From a virus (taxonomy: Duplodnaviria > Caudoviricetes): a DNA stretch of 39,080 nucleotides. The stretch is taken from the IMG/VR virus record IMGVR_UViG_3300030330_004861, positions 1-39,080 of that record. The stretch is one strand, 5' to 3'. Positions 14,194 to 23,277 of the stretch are shown piece by piece. The notes under the pieces are model-generated. The model saw only the letters and a list, made by a program, of their open reading frames with translations. It made no database searches and was not told where the DNA came from. Made by a program: the position numbers and the translations under genes. Each line of letters opens with the position of its first letter. Position 1 is the stretch's first letter.

Positions 14194-16086
14194 CTACTCC
14201 GCTTCGCCCCAACTAGCGCCAAGCTCTATGTCGCAACGGCTGGGGACATCTAATTCTATCGCATCTGTCATTATATTTGCAATAGAAAGCGCCTCTTCTT
14301 TTCCGGTGACAGAAACCGCTAATTCATCGTGGATTTGAATCAGAGGAATCTTTCCAGTTTGGTACACGTCCACCATTGCCTGCTTTGTCATATCCGCGGC
14401 AGACGCCTGAATAAGCCGGTTCAAGGCCTTATAGGTGTAGGCCCGCTTCAGTCGAGTCGTCTGACCGTATTGGCGCACGGCTTCGTGATACGGCAGGGCC
14501 TTGTTCATTTCGAATGTGTCCGGTTCCCAGAGGTCAAACCGGCACTTGCGGCCTTTTAGGGATCGGATAGACCCGCCACTGTCTTTGTCGTTGAGCCTGT
14601 CGGTTACGCCGCGCATCAGCATCTTCACGAAGGGAACGCGCTCGTGATACTGATTGACCAGTTCCTTCGACTCTTCGATAGGGATGTCCAACTGCTCGGC
14701 CATCTTCCGAGCCCCCATCCCGTACATCATACCGAGATTGATGGTCTTTGCCTGCTTGCGGCTGATCTGAGCCATCTCGGCGACCATCGTGTGGAAGTCC
14801 ATCTTCGGATCTTCCCGATACCCCGTAACGAACTCTTCGACGCCGCGCAGCGGAACGCTACGAGCCTTGCCGAAGACCGAGGCGTAATGCACCAAGATCC
14901 GTGGTTCCTGTTGCGAGAAGTCAATACTCGCCCACTGCTCCCCTTCTTCCGGTAAGAACAGCCTCCGAATCATCGGCCCGAGTTCCGGGTCTCGTGCAGG
15001 AATTTGCTGGAGGTTCGGGTTATTCATCGATATCCGACCCGAGACGGTGCCTCCATCGTCGGACCTAATCTGGTTTATGTGACCGTGGATGCGCCCGTCG
15101 TCGCCGACGTGCTTCATAATGCTGCTAATGAACGTGCCCTGAATTTTGTTCAGCGCCCGCGCTTCGACCACCATTTTTGCCAGCGGATGTTCGTGGCTCG
15201 ACAGGAACGCTTTCGTGAAACTGGGAGCGCCTGCCGCGGTCCTTGGGTAGGACACCGAGAGCTTGTCGAAGGCGTCTGCCAGACTTTTGGCGGCCCAGAT
15301 CTCGACGTGGTTGCCGACCAGCTTTTTAATTTCCGCCAGCGTGTTCTTCTCGCGACGTATGAGCGAGTCCCGTGCCTTATCTGCCTCGTCTAAATCTACC
15401 CGAACGCCACGAGAGGTCATGTCAACGAGACAGGGCAGGAGATTATGCTCTAGGTCAACGATCTCCTGAAGGCCCTCCTGCCCGACTTTTACTTTAAAAA
15501 AGTTCCAAAGTTCCAAGGTCAATTCAGCGTCAGTCTGGGCGTAGGGCCCGACGTGCATAGCGGGCAGCTTCCACATTTCAGCCTTCGGGTCTAACCCAAA
15601 CTCTCTCGCCGCGGCGATTAGCTCTTTCTCAGACTTAACCTTGTCGAGATAGTCATACGCTACGGAGTTCAACGAGAACGACCGGCGGTTTTCGTCCAGA
15701 AGGCTGGCGACTACCATAGTGTCGATAATGCGCCCGTTGACCTCTATGCCGTGGGCCCGAAGCCAACCGACATCGTACTGCGCGTTGTGGAAGATCTTAT
15801 CGGCGTCCGTGGAGCAGACGCGCTTCATCCAGTTTTCGACCAGCCGACGATCTAGGTTACCGCCGCCTAGATGCCCTATCGGGTAGTAAGCGCACCACCC
15901 GTCCACGGCGACGGCGTACCCGACGACCTCACCGTTTTTGACGGGCCAGCCCGGACCCCGCTGCATAAGGTCCGGGTCGCGTGTTTCGAGGTCAATTGCA
16001 ATCTGCTTTGCGCTAGACAGGTCCGGAAAGTCAGAAGGCGGAACCCACTCGCTTTTCGGCGCAAACATAGCCATCTGAAGGCTCAT
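14194..16086 (-). CDS. polA: Family A DNA polymerase with 3'-5' exonuclease
   Basis: Exo motifs DLET, HNAQYD, YAQTD; polymerase motifs DFSQQEPR, RKQAKTINLGMMYG, QIHDEL. Confidence 0.96.
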   Translation of the reverse strand: MSLQMAMFAPKSEWVPPSDFPDLSSAKQIAIDLETRDPDLMQRGPGWPVKNGEVVGYAVAVDGWCAYYPIGHLGGGNLDRRLVENWMKRVCSTDADKIFHNAQYDVGWLRAHGIEVNGRIIDTMVVASLLDENRRSFSLNSVAYDYLDKVKSEKELIAAAREFGLDPKAEMWKLPAMHVGPYAQTDAELTLELWNFFKVKVGQEGLQEIVDLEHNLLPCLVDMTSRGVRVDLDEADKARDSLIRREKNTLAEIKKLVGNHVEIWAAKSLADAFDKLSVSYPRTAAGAPSFTKAFLSSHEHPLAKMVVEARALNKIQGTFISSIMKHVGDDGRIHGHINQIRSDDGGTVSGRISMNNPNLQQIPARDPELGPMIRRLFLPEEGEQWASIDFSQQEPRILVHYASVFGKARSVPLRGVEEFVTGYREDPKMDFHTMVAEMAQISRKQAKTINLGMMYGMGARKMAEQLDIPIEESKELVNQYHERVPFVKMLMRGVTDRLNDKDSGGSIRSLKGRKCRFDLWEPDTFEMNKALPYHEAVRQYGQTTRLKRAYTYKALNRLIQASAADMTKQAMVDVYQTGKIPLIQIHDELAVSVTGKEEALSIANIMTDAIELDVPSRCDIELGASWGEAE

Positions 16087-16328
16087 TTTTTCTTCCTCGC
16101 TCGTCGCGCTGCGGGACGGGGCCTGCCCCGTCGTACGCGAGCCTTCGCTACCGCAGTTTTTTCCTCATTAGGCATTCGCCTCCGAACTGACCGAAGAAGG
16201 TCTTCAGAGATGTTCATTGCCGTGGCCGTTGAGATAGGCACCATGAAATCGAGGCCTTTTTGCTTGTCCACGATGCGGAACTTTATGGGCTCGTCAGGGC
16301 CCTCGTCGTACGGAATAATTAGTGGCAA
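16083..16328 (-). CDS. Hypothetical protein with basic tail
   Basis: Overlaps both neighbours in the replication operon. Confidence 0.55.
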   Translation of the reverse strand: MPLIIPYDEGPDEPIKFRIVDKQKGLDFMVPISTATAMNISEDLLRSVRRRMPNEEKTAVAKARVRRGRPRPAARRARKKK

Positions 16329-17884
16329 AACTGATAAGCCTCCCTAGATGATTCGGGCTCGACAAGGAAAAGGTTTTCCTTTGTGCGAGTTATCCCAACA
16401 TAAAACGTCCGGTGAAGGTCGTTACTGCCCGCAGTATCTTTCTCCGCCTCCCGTAAAGCAGCATAGCTACAGTCTGTATAAAGAACGACGTTTTGAGCCT
16501 CGCCCCCTTTTGCTCCGTGAATCGTGGAGACCGTGATTCGAGGCTTGTGAGCCAGTTCTTCACCCCGCCTTTCCGCCGCCTGAATGTAGGCAATCTGCCC
16601 CTCCGGAGCTTTCGTCAGAACCGTGGGCCACGGATCGTCTTGAGAAACCAAAAGACCTTCGGACTCGGCCAGTACATCATACCCGATTTCTTCCTCGTCA
16701 TCGACATTTGGTAGGGTCTTGTATCCCCGCCGAACGCCTACCCCCACCTCCAGAAAAGAGTACATGTTTCGGGCCTTTGATCCCGTTACCTTTTCGCCTG
16801 CCTGCAAAGCTTTCCAGCAAACCACGGCGTCTATCAGCTTCTGGCTGCCCTTTTTCCGACCGTGCTTAGTTTCGAAAAGATATCCGGCTTGCGATAGCAG
16901 AATTTCAGCGTCTTCCAGCATGTAGTTGCACTGCCCTAGCACAAGCCAGTCGCTCTCCGCCATTTCGGGTAGTATCGACTCGATACCCCTGATGTACTGG
17001 ACGGAGCCGTCGATACCCTGCGGCTCGTACTTTTTAGGCAGCCGCCCTTCAACGCGAGAGACCACGCTTTCGGCTAATTCGTGAACCCTTCTCGGAACAC
17101 GCCAGCTTGTTGCTAGAATTTCCGAGGCCCCTTCTAGGCCCAAAAACTGTTCAACGTCTGCGCCCGCCCACCTGAATATGGCTTGATCGTCATCGCCCGC
17201 CACGATTACGCGGTTGGCAGTTTTTTCGGCGATTTTATGAACGACGTGCCATTGGAGCTTCGACAAGTCCTGCGCCTCGTCAACGAAAACCGTATCAAAA
17301 GTCGGGCAGGTACTGTCCGCCAGTTCAATAAAGAGGAGGAGCATGTCGGTAAAGTCATAACGACGCTCACCCGACTTGTAGTCCTCATACACCCTGCTCA
17401 GGTAATCGACCAAGGGCCAAGACTGGTTGTTAGTGACGCCCCACTCCTCGTAAGCTTGCCGCAGAGGGATCTCTTTAACCTTCGCCATGTTTATAAGACC
17501 CATGACCGTTTCCTTGTTGGGAAGAGCAAGGCCAAAGTTTTCAGCGTCCGGGTTAGTCGCGGTCGCTTCAAACTCAAAGCCGGTCAGGTCAGTCATGTCT
17601 CTCCAGTTTTCTTTATCCATCAACTGGTCGAACTTTATGCCGCTGTGCATAAAACAAAAACTGTGCAGCGTCCGAAAGTAGGGCAGATCATCAGGGCCCA
17701 TGTTGAGCCGTTCCAATGCTCGGTCACGGGCTTCATAGGCCGCCTTCTTTGTAAATCCGAAGTAACCGATTCGTCCGGGAGCGACGCCACTGTCGATCAG
17801 GTCAGCGACCATGTTAATAAGGTGCGTTGTTTTGCCGGTGCCGGGCGGACCGAAAACGCGCAAAAATTTAGAATGGGATGTCAT
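16319..17884 (-). CDS. UvrD/Rep-like superfamily 1 helicase
   Basis: GPPGTGKTT, TLHS, VDEAQD, GDDDQAIF, STIHGAKGGEA, YVGITR. Confidence 0.93.
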   Translation of the reverse strand: MTSHSKFLRVFGPPGTGKTTHLINMVADLIDSGVAPGRIGYFGFTKKAAYEARDRALERLNMGPDDLPYFRTLHSFCFMHSGIKFDQLMDKENWRDMTDLTGFEFEATATNPDAENFGLALPNKETVMGLINMAKVKEIPLRQAYEEWGVTNNQSWPLVDYLSRVYEDYKSGERRYDFTDMLLLFIELADSTCPTFDTVFVDEAQDLSKLQWHVVHKIAEKTANRVIVAGDDDQAIFRWAGADVEQFLGLEGASEILATSWRVPRRVHELAESVVSRVEGRLPKKYEPQGIDGSVQYIRGIESILPEMAESDWLVLGQCNYMLEDAEILLSQAGYLFETKHGRKKGSQKLIDAVVCWKALQAGEKVTGSKARNMYSFLEVGVGVRRGYKTLPNVDDEEEIGYDVLAESEGLLVSQDDPWPTVLTKAPEGQIAYIQAAERRGEELAHKPRITVSTIHGAKGGEAQNVVLYTDCSYAALREAEKDTAGSNDLHRTFYVGITRTKENLFLVEPESSREAYQFCH

Positions 17885-19400
17885 CCATCTCTCCGGTGGT
17901 TATGGGTGACGCAACCTCGGCAGATTTTGCTAAGAATGCGGGGATTTTATAGACGCTGACTGTTTCAGTACCTACGCGAAGTTTTGAAGCTTCCCCACCA
18001 ATTTCGCGAAGTCTCTGAGCCAGCTTGTGGCGCTTATACTCGAAGAATTTGTTTCGTTGCAAGAAACTTTCGAGATCTCGAAGCCGAAGGTACGTAACCG
18101 AACTGGTTTCGTCCGTCCACGGCTTGCCCAGATGTATCTCGTCACGAGACTGCGCCGTCTGGTGATTGACGCAGAAATCGCGGAGATATTCATAGAAGAT
18201 GCCCCGAGTAGATTCCTCCTCGGCCACCGGAATAACTGCGGCGCTGTTGTCCCGCAACTCCCCTAGCAGAGCGGCAATACGGTTCTCCCAGTTATTTTTG
18301 GTGGACGAAGGCGGCAGGAAGTTTATCTGCTCCATGCAAGCCTTCTGAAAGGCGGGCTGCGATAACAGCCCTTCACTGTCTAGCTCAATAGGCACCCCGT
18401 TCACGTCCAAGAACCAGACCGGGGGTTGGCTGTCGTACTTCCGAAGATTCGCCATTGCTGCCGAGGCAGCCCCACCAACGCCAAACTTTCGAGTAAGGCA
18501 GGTGGGCCGGTCGCAGTAGGCATTTATCGGCGCATCGTTGCACCTATAAGCGTAGTCCTTCTTCTTCAACTGGTTGACGACTACGCCCATCTCGTTCAGT
18601 CCGAGGGGCGGGTTTAAATAGGACATGTTCCACTGCATTAGCTCGGTTTCCCAGCTATCGGGGTAGGCTTTTTGCAGGTACACGCCGATGTTAAAAAGGC
18701 CGTTGTTACGACCACCCTCTGCTATTTTTTGAGGCAGAAGCACCTGAAGGCACGGCGGACCATCCACCATAAAGTCGTTTTTCTTGGTCACCGACAGGGC
18801 CGCTATTTGCTCCGGAGTTTGAGCCCTGTCCGCGCAAAGTTCTAGAAACTCCTCCAGCGTCGCCGCGCTGCCGTCAACATTGAAGGCGTGTCTCAGGCTG
18901 TCTTCGTGACCGAAATACGGCAGGTTTATCGCGGAGCCCACGTCGCCGCGCTCCACGTTAATTACTTCTTGCTTTGGGAATATCTCGGCCTCACCCAGAC
19001 CCATTGCCGAAGCGATTTTACGCAGAGCCTCTCGCATCTTTGCAGCAGGCATCCAGTCGGTGCAGAAAAGATAGCAGTGAGCGCCGCCGCTCTTACTGCG
19101 GTCTACGATCAGCGGCAGCTTCTTCTCTTCGAAAAAGTCAATCAGCTTCTTGTGGTCTAACGGATACCTGTCGATATCGATGCACCCAAAGCGCACATTC
19201 GAGTCCGCATTCAACAAGAAGATGCCGATGCTTGTTTCCCCATCCAGATGACCGCGGTAGTGACCCTCGGTCAGCGGCTCCCTTTTTGTTTGATATGTTG
19301 CCTCGTTCTTTCCCGAACCATTGACGGCTTTGGGCACCATTTCCAAATACACGGAATCGAGACCCTGAAAGAACGACGCAAATTTCTTTACGTGTTCCAT
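17868..19400 (-). CDS. AEP-type primase with PriCT-like domain
   Basis: CIDID, RSKSGGAH, INLPY, EGGRNNGLF, Cys cluster; ends DDIPF. Confidence 0.8.
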   Translation of the reverse strand: MEHVKKFASFFQGLDSVYLEMVPKAVNGSGKNEATYQTKREPLTEGHYRGHLDGETSIGIFLLNADSNVRFGCIDIDRYPLDHKKLIDFFEEKKLPLIVDRSKSGGAHCYLFCTDWMPAAKMREALRKIASAMGLGEAEIFPKQEVINVERGDVGSAINLPYFGHEDSLRHAFNVDGSAATLEEFLELCADRAQTPEQIAALSVTKKNDFMVDGPPCLQVLLPQKIAEGGRNNGLFNIGVYLQKAYPDSWETELMQWNMSYLNPPLGLNEMGVVVNQLKKKDYAYRCNDAPINAYCDRPTCLTRKFGVGGAASAAMANLRKYDSQPPVWFLDVNGVPIELDSEGLLSQPAFQKACMEQINFLPPSSTKNNWENRIAALLGELRDNSAAVIPVAEEESTRGIFYEYLRDFCVNHQTAQSRDEIHLGKPWTDETSSVTYLRLRDLESFLQRNKFFEYKRHKLAQRLREIGGEASKLRVGTETVSVYKIPAFLAKSAEVASPITTGEMDDIPF

Positions 19401-19410
19401 GGCTATCCTG

Positions 19411-19436
19411 AAAAGGGGCGACCCGAGGGCCGCCCC
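19411..19436 (-). terminator. Intrinsic terminator/attenuator between SSB and primase
   Basis: GGGGCGGC-loop-GTCGCCCC-TTTT. Confidence 0.7.
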
Positions 19437-19442
19437 ATATGG

Positions 19443-20222
19443 TTAAAAGGGAATGTCGTCTGACCCCGCGGGGGCTTCGCCTTCGTGCTTAACGACTACG
19501 TCGCCGCTAGACACTGTCTCGGCAAAGTCTTTTGCGCGAGTGAAGAGCGCCTGCGAGTCGATCAGCCCTTCTCGGCTGATTTCCCAGCCGTGCCACGAAC
19601 CCTTGCTGTTCTCTTCCGAGACCGTCTTGAGGTCGTACACGTAAGCGTAGCGAGGCGGAGAGAAGACGTTACCGTTTGCCCCCTTCTCCTGCGCTGCGGC
19701 AGCCATGGAGTTCCACTTGCGGGACTTCTTCAACTGCGTTGATTTCATCGCAATCAGTGCAGTCTCGGCAGTGCCGTCATCGTTAACGACCAGAACAAAA
19801 TGCTGGTGCGTTTCTTCGATGTAGTCACCATCACCGCCGACGACGTAGTCCTTATTATCTTCTGACGACCTCTCGGTCTTGGGCATAGCTTCGCCCGGAG
19901 AGAAGATGTTAAGGGGTGCGCCGGAGCCTTGGCCCCGCGGAGCCCACTGGATAAAGCGCTTCTGAAAAGCACACGAAACAACCCGGATACCGTCTTTGCC
20001 TTTGTAGACCTGCCCGGTTACCGTGTTGTAGATGTCACCCTTACGGGCATCCTCGCGCTCGTCCAGAATCGGGTCCAGCCCGCTCAGGATTTTGATAAAC
20101 GGAAGAGCAAGATCGTCCTGCGTCAGGTTTTCAAGCCCTGCGCCGGACTGCTCTTCAAACATCGACATGAGATCAGCGGGTGCGACCTCCTGCTTCTTCT
20201 TAGTAGCAACTGCGTTCGCCAT
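19443..20222 (-). CDS. Putative single-stranded DNA-binding protein
   Basis: DDLALPFIKIL, MKSTQLKKSRKWNS, NSKGSWHGW; acidic DDIPF C-terminus; position in the replication module. Confidence 0.7.
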   Translation of the reverse strand: MANAVATKKKQEVAPADLMSMFEEQSGAGLENLTQDDLALPFIKILSGLDPILDEREDARKGDIYNTVTGQVYKGKDGIRVVSCAFQKRFIQWAPRGQGSGAPLNIFSPGEAMPKTERSSEDNKDYVVGGDGDYIEETHQHFVLVVNDDGTAETALIAMKSTQLKKSRKWNSMAAAAQEKGANGNVFSPPRYAYVYDLKTVSEENSKGSWHGWEISREGLIDSQALFTRAKDFAETVSSGDVVVKHEGEAPAGSDDIPF

Positions 20223-20224
20223 GG

Positions 20225-20812
20225 TTATTTACCTCCTTTAATGACGGCACGTTGGCCCACCCAAGCTCCGAAGAGATCTGTGGGAAATTCATCACCGTTC
20301 TCGACGCGCTCCTTAACGAAAGCCCGTAGTGTCGAGGGGTGAACTTCAGTCTTGGCTTCAGCGACATAGCCTTTTTCTTCAGCCATATCAAAAAACGCCT
20401 GCGCCTTTTTATCTTCGTTTTGTCCGAAGCTGCATGACACGGTGTTCTTGATAATGTCGCCGTAACCGTTTTGCCTCAACCACTCGTAGACCTGCGGGCG
20501 GTCGTCTTTCTTCGGTGCGGCAGAATAAGTCTGCTTCACCGAGATTTCGGAACCGTCGTCAAGCTTAAATGATTGAAGCCCGAGTTCTGAAAACAACGAG
20601 GGCATTGCTTCGTCGGTAAGCCGTCGAAGCTCAGCCCTCTGGTCTTTCAGCTTTTGCTCGGTGGCCTCAATTTCCTGTTCTTGAAGCCGGATCTGGCGGG
20701 CGCAGTTCGACACGCTAGCCAGTGCGTTTTGCCCTAAGCGTTCAACATTTGAAGAAGCTTCCGCTTCATGCTGCTCTTCGAGGGCGTTCAGGATGTCAAA
20801 TTGATCGTTCAC
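20225..20812 (-). CDS. Phage replication-module protein of unknown function
   Basis: MP..F.ELGL..FKL.DG, WLR.NG.GDIIKN, VHPSTLRAFVKE; strong RBS. Confidence 0.75.
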   Translation of the reverse strand: MNDQFDILNALEEQHEAEASSNVERLGQNALASVSNCARQIRLQEQEIEATEQKLKDQRAELRRLTDEAMPSLFSELGLQSFKLDDGSEISVKQTYSAAPKKDDRPQVYEWLRQNGYGDIIKNTVSCSFGQNEDKKAQAFFDMAEEKGYVAEAKTEVHPSTLRAFVKERVENGDEFPTDLFGAWVGQRAVIKGGK

Positions 20813-20855
20813 TTTTTCTCCTTTCGTGTTTCGTGAAGCGACCCCGTTTCCGGGG

Positions 20856-20895
20856 TTGACGGGTCTTACCTACTCGCTTAATTTCGCATAGTCAA
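20856..20895. promoter_or_regulatory. Overlapping divergent sigma70-like promoters
   Basis: Plus TTGACG-N17-TAATTT; minus TTGACT-N17-TAGGTA; TATGCGA/TAAGCGA repeat at 10-nt spacing. Confidence 0.7.
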
Positions 20896-20906
20896 CAGGA
20901 AAAAGC

Positions 20907-22352
20907 ATGGCCTATAATTTTCAGACAGAACCTTTCGCCCACCAGCTTACGGCTCTCCAAGATTCGTGGGCCGCGGACTATCACGCGCTCTTCATGGAAA
21001 TGGGAACGGGTAAGTCCAAGGTGATTGTCGATACCATGGGCAAGCTTTACGAGTCCGGCAAAATAAATGCGGCGCTGGTCGTAGCACCAAAAGGTGTCTA
21101 TGACAACTGGGTTCAGAAGGAGATTCCGGTTCATCTGCCCGAACGCATCGCTCGAAAGGTCGTGCGCTGGCGTGCCGCTAAGACAAAAGCTTTCGAAGAA
21201 GAGCTTTACGATCTGGTGATGAACCCGTTCGACGGGCTGAAAGTTTTTGTGGTGAACATCGAAGCGTTCAGCACTGGCCGTGGTGCCGAGGCGGCGTACG
21301 TGTTTCTGGAACAGAACCCGGATAACCTGATGGTCGTAGACGAATCGACCACCATCAAAAACCGCAAGGCCATGCGAACGAAGAACGTCGTCAAGGCCCG
21401 ACAGATATCCAAGTACCGCCGTATCCTGACCGGCTCACCCATCACGAAAAGCCCGATGGACCTGTTTTCGCAGTGCGATTTTCTGGACCCGGGGGCACTG
21501 GGCATCCGCTCGTACTACGCTTTTCAGAACCGATACGCGCTCGTTCAGCGTCGCCAGATGGGTCACAAGTCTTTTCAGGAAATTGTCGGCTACCGTCGGT
21601 TGGACGAACTGACAGAAAAGCTGGACAGCTTTGCGACCCGGACGCTGAAGGAAGACTGTCTCGACCTGCCGGACAAGCTTTACATTCGCCGACATGTGCC
21701 GCTGACCAAGGAGCAGCAAAAGCTCTACGACCAGATGAAAAAGCTGGCGCTCGCTGCTTTGAACGATAAGTCAATAGCCACCACGCAGAGCGTCCTCACT
21801 CAGATCATGCGGTTACAGCAAATTTGTTGCGGGTTCTTTCAGCCCGACGACAAGCCTATCGAAGACTTAGAAAACGGCAGGCTTCAGGAACTTCTCGACG
21901 TGTTAGAGGACGCGCAGGGCAAGGTCATCATCTGGGCGACGTTTACGCATAGCCTTCGCAAGATCCGGGATGCGATAGCCGAGGTGCACGGTCCGCGTTC
22001 CGTGGCTACCTATTATGGCGAGACGCCGCAAGACGAAAGACAAGAGACCGTTAACCAGTTTCAGGATCCGGACAGCGAGTTGCGTTTCTTCGTCGGCCAG
22101 CCACGGACCGGGGGCTACGGGATTACGCTAACGCAGGCGACCACCGTAGTTTACTTCTCTAACAGCTACGACTTGGAGATCCGCCTACAGTCCGAGGACC
22201 GCGCACATCGGATCGGCCAGAGGAAGCCGGTGACCTACATCGACCTCGTGTCGCCCGGCACTGTGGACGAAAAAATCCTACAGGCGCTAGAAGAGAAAAA
22301 CATACTCGCCGGTCAGGTTCTTGGGGAAGAGGTTAAAGGCTGGTTAAAATGA
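20907..22352 (+). CDS. SNF2-family (SF2) helicase
   Basis: MEMGTGKS, VDEST, LTGSP, QSEDRAHRIGQ. Confidence 0.93.
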   Translation: MAYNFQTEPFAHQLTALQDSWAADYHALFMEMGTGKSKVIVDTMGKLYESGKINAALVVAPKGVYDNWVQKEIPVHLPERIARKVVRWRAAKTKAFEEELYDLVMNPFDGLKVFVVNIEAFSTGRGAEAAYVFLEQNPDNLMVVDESTTIKNRKAMRTKNVVKARQISKYRRILTGSPITKSPMDLFSQCDFLDPGALGIRSYYAFQNRYALVQRRQMGHKSFQEIVGYRRLDELTEKLDSFATRTLKEDCLDLPDKLYIRRHVPLTKEQQKLYDQMKKLALAALNDKSIATTQSVLTQIMRLQQICCGFFQPDDKPIEDLENGRLQELLDVLEDAQGKVIIWATFTHSLRKIRDAIAEVHGPRSVATYYGETPQDERQETVNQFQDPDSELRFFVGQPRTGGYGITLTQATTVVYFSNSYDLEIRLQSEDRAHRIGQRKPVTYIDLVSPGTVDEKILQALEEKNILAGQVLGEEVKGWLK

Positions 22353-22828
22353 TATACAGCAAGAGGGGCCATAATGTACTTGATAGAGTGTGGGACTACC
22401 GGTTCCCGAATGAAAAAGACCATTACAAGTCGCAAAAGCAAAAAGACAAATACCTTGAGAATTGGAAGCGCAACGCGACGATGCTGAAAGAACACAAGGA
22501 AGGGTCTAGCGCCCTAGATCTTTCCAAAAAATATAGTTTGTCCTTGAACTGGACAAAAGCGATTTTGAAACGAGAGGAGCTTTTACAGAGCTACTTGTCC
22601 AGTATCCCAAAGGAAAAAGTGACCGTGTCAGATTTGGGGCCTTTTCGGTTACGAACCGGAATGTGCTTAGAAAACGAAAACCTTATTCATCTGCCAATCG
22701 AAGAGTTCTATCGATCTCAGAACGCCCAGTCTCTTTTAAGAATACCCAATTTCGGCAGAAAGAGCCTACGTGAGATAGCCCTATGCTTAGAAGAAGAGGG
22801 TTACGATATATCCAAGTTTACTCTCTAA
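22349..22828 (+). CDS. HTH plus RNA polymerase alpha-CTD-like protein
   Basis: LRT.MCL.NEN...LLRIPNFGRKSLREI matches the RpoA C-terminal domain; RN..M....EG.S..DLSKKYSLS is HTH-like. Confidence 0.75.
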   Translation: MIYSKRGHNVLDRVWDYRFPNEKDHYKSQKQKDKYLENWKRNATMLKEHKEGSSALDLSKKYSLSLNWTKAILKREELLQSYLSSIPKEKVTVSDLGPFRLRTGMCLENENLIHLPIEEFYRSQNAQSLLRIPNFGRKSLREIALCLEEEGYDISKFTL

Positions 22829-23277
22829 GCGTTTAGGCCCTTGCTGTAGCCGACGCCTTTGACATAGGTCAAAACCTCGCCACGCGGCTTGTCAGCTATG
22901 CTGCAATGCACCCAACCAGAGTTTGGATTTCCGGGCATGTAGCATTCCAAGATAAGCTGGTCAAAACCAAGGTTATCTTGGACCCACTCAGCCAGTTCCA
23001 AGTTGTCGATGCCGGGCACTTCGAAGTCTGCCGCCTGTCCTTTTGCGTGTTGAGACTTGCGGCTACTGCCGATTGCTTCGCAAAGTTCCGGTGACCGGTA
23101 TCCGGACGACGGAGAGAAGGGAATGCCGTAGTGTTCTCTTACGGGCTCCAGTATGTCCCGGCAAAGCCGTTCCATGTAAGCTACCGCGAACGAGTCGGGG
23201 GTATTGTCGATGCCCATGCGCGTTGCGGTCTGGCTTTTAACAAGTTCCCGCAACGTGAAGTGTTCTGACAGGTTCAT
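22825..23277 (-). CDS. Peptidase M15A endolysin
   Basis: SSGYRS, SQH..GQAADF, WVH zinc ligands. Confidence 0.9.
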   Translation of the reverse strand: MNLSEHFTLRELVKSQTATRMGIDNTPDSFAVAYMERLCRDILEPVREHYGIPFSPSSGYRSPELCEAIGSSRKSQHAKGQAADFEVPGIDNLELAEWVQDNLGFDQLILECYMPGNPNSGWVHCSIADKPRGEVLTYVKGVGYSKGLNA

